A stretch of DNA of 45,810 bases from a virus (taxonomy: Duplodnaviria > Caudoviricetes): IMG/VR virus record IMGVR_UViG_3300033232_000051, positions 1 through 45,810 of that record, one strand, 5' to 3'. Below, piece by piece: positions 45,370 through 45,810 of this stretch. The translations under genes were made by a program, and so were the position numbers. The notes under the pieces were generated by a model. That model was given only the letters and a program-made list of their open reading frames with translations, was not told the DNA's origin and made no database searches. Position 1 is the stretch's first letter; each line of letters begins with the position of its first letter.

Positions 45370-45552
45370 ATGAAATATAAAAATATAGAACGATTAATAA
45401 AATGGCATTACAAATACACAGAGATTTGTAAGCATAGTGCAACAGACTTTGTAAATAGATGTTTGCAAGGAAAATCTGAAATTAAAAAGCTAGAAACTAA
45501 CATAGTTTATGTGTGTCCGCCTTGTAAGGAAATGGTTGAATTGGTGGATTAA
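45370..45552 (+). CDS. Hypothetical protein (likely start MKYK at 45370)
   Basis: AAGGGGG SD as in the neighbouring genes; CPPC. Confidence 0.5.
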   Translation: MKYKNIERLIKWHYKYTEICKHSATDFVNRCLQGKSEIKKLETNIVYVCPPCKEMVELVD

Positions 45553-45781
45553 ATGGGGTTAGATATGTATTTAAAGGCTTCTAAGTTTTTTATTAATAAT
45601 GATAATGAACTCAAAGATAAACTTAAAAAGTTAATCAAGATTAATTTGGAGCCAATTAAAATAACCTTTAATGTTATGTGTTGGCGTAAATCAAATGCTA
45701 TTCATAAATGGTTTGTTAATAATGTTCAGTCCGGTGTTGATGATTGTAAAGATTATAATGTAACCATAGACGATTTGAAGG
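45553..45781 (+). CDS. Conserved phage hypothetical protein (MGLDMYL...WRKSNAIHKWF), truncated
   Basis: Recognisable phage motif; the apparent C-terminus IGRAHV* is adapter-derived. Confidence 0.7.
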
Positions 45782-45810
45782 AGATCGGAAGAGCACACGT
45801 CTGAACTCCA
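45782..45810 (+). other. Illumina TruSeq adapter contamination
   Basis: AGATCGGAAGAGCACACGTCTGAACTCCA matches the adapter exactly. Confidence 0.99.

Noticed and set aside
1-45810. Alternative genetic code, introns or inteins in TerL/PolB/helicase
   Set aside because: Genes are full length and tightly packed under the standard code, with no insertions evident.

Overview
The window is viral, has archaeal-type expression signals, and contains two unrelated HK97-type head-packaging modules. Segment A (1-30,500) is almost entirely on the minus strand. It reads as a complete circular siphovirus-like genome with primase-helicase, a Cas4-like nuclease/SF2 helicase fusion, PolB, resolvase, TerS/TerL, a portal-MuF fusion, protease, MCP, neck, tail tube, a frameshifted tail chaperone, tape measure, baseplate, fibre and holin-like genes. 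No endolysin is recognisable. Bases 1-127 recur exactly at 30,501-30,627, and joining 1 to 30,500 restores an intact in-frame 363-aa gene. Segment B (about 30,628-45,781) is a partial, more AT-rich element. It has its own TerS, TerL, tRNA-Met(CAT), portal, protease and MCP, followed by secreted or membrane beta-sandwich proteins rather than neck/tail genes. It also has a divergent early operon with an amidoligase, a class II glutamine amidotransferase and a gamma-glutamylcyclotransferase. The most economical reading is an assembly lasso (k=127) joining two viruses of one host that share a gene end, but a real helper/satellite or recombinant cannot be excluded. The most unusual signals are: (i) a gene present in both segments whose coding strand is a near-continuous chain of covarying hairpins; (ii) two homologous ~110-bp palindromes bracketing A's replication module, plus an iteron-like 49-bp repeat; (iii) B's head module coupled to secreted, sequon-rich proteins; (iv) a structured ncRNA candidate. 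The last 29 nt are Illumina adapter. All product calls come from motif recognition by eye; no database was searched.
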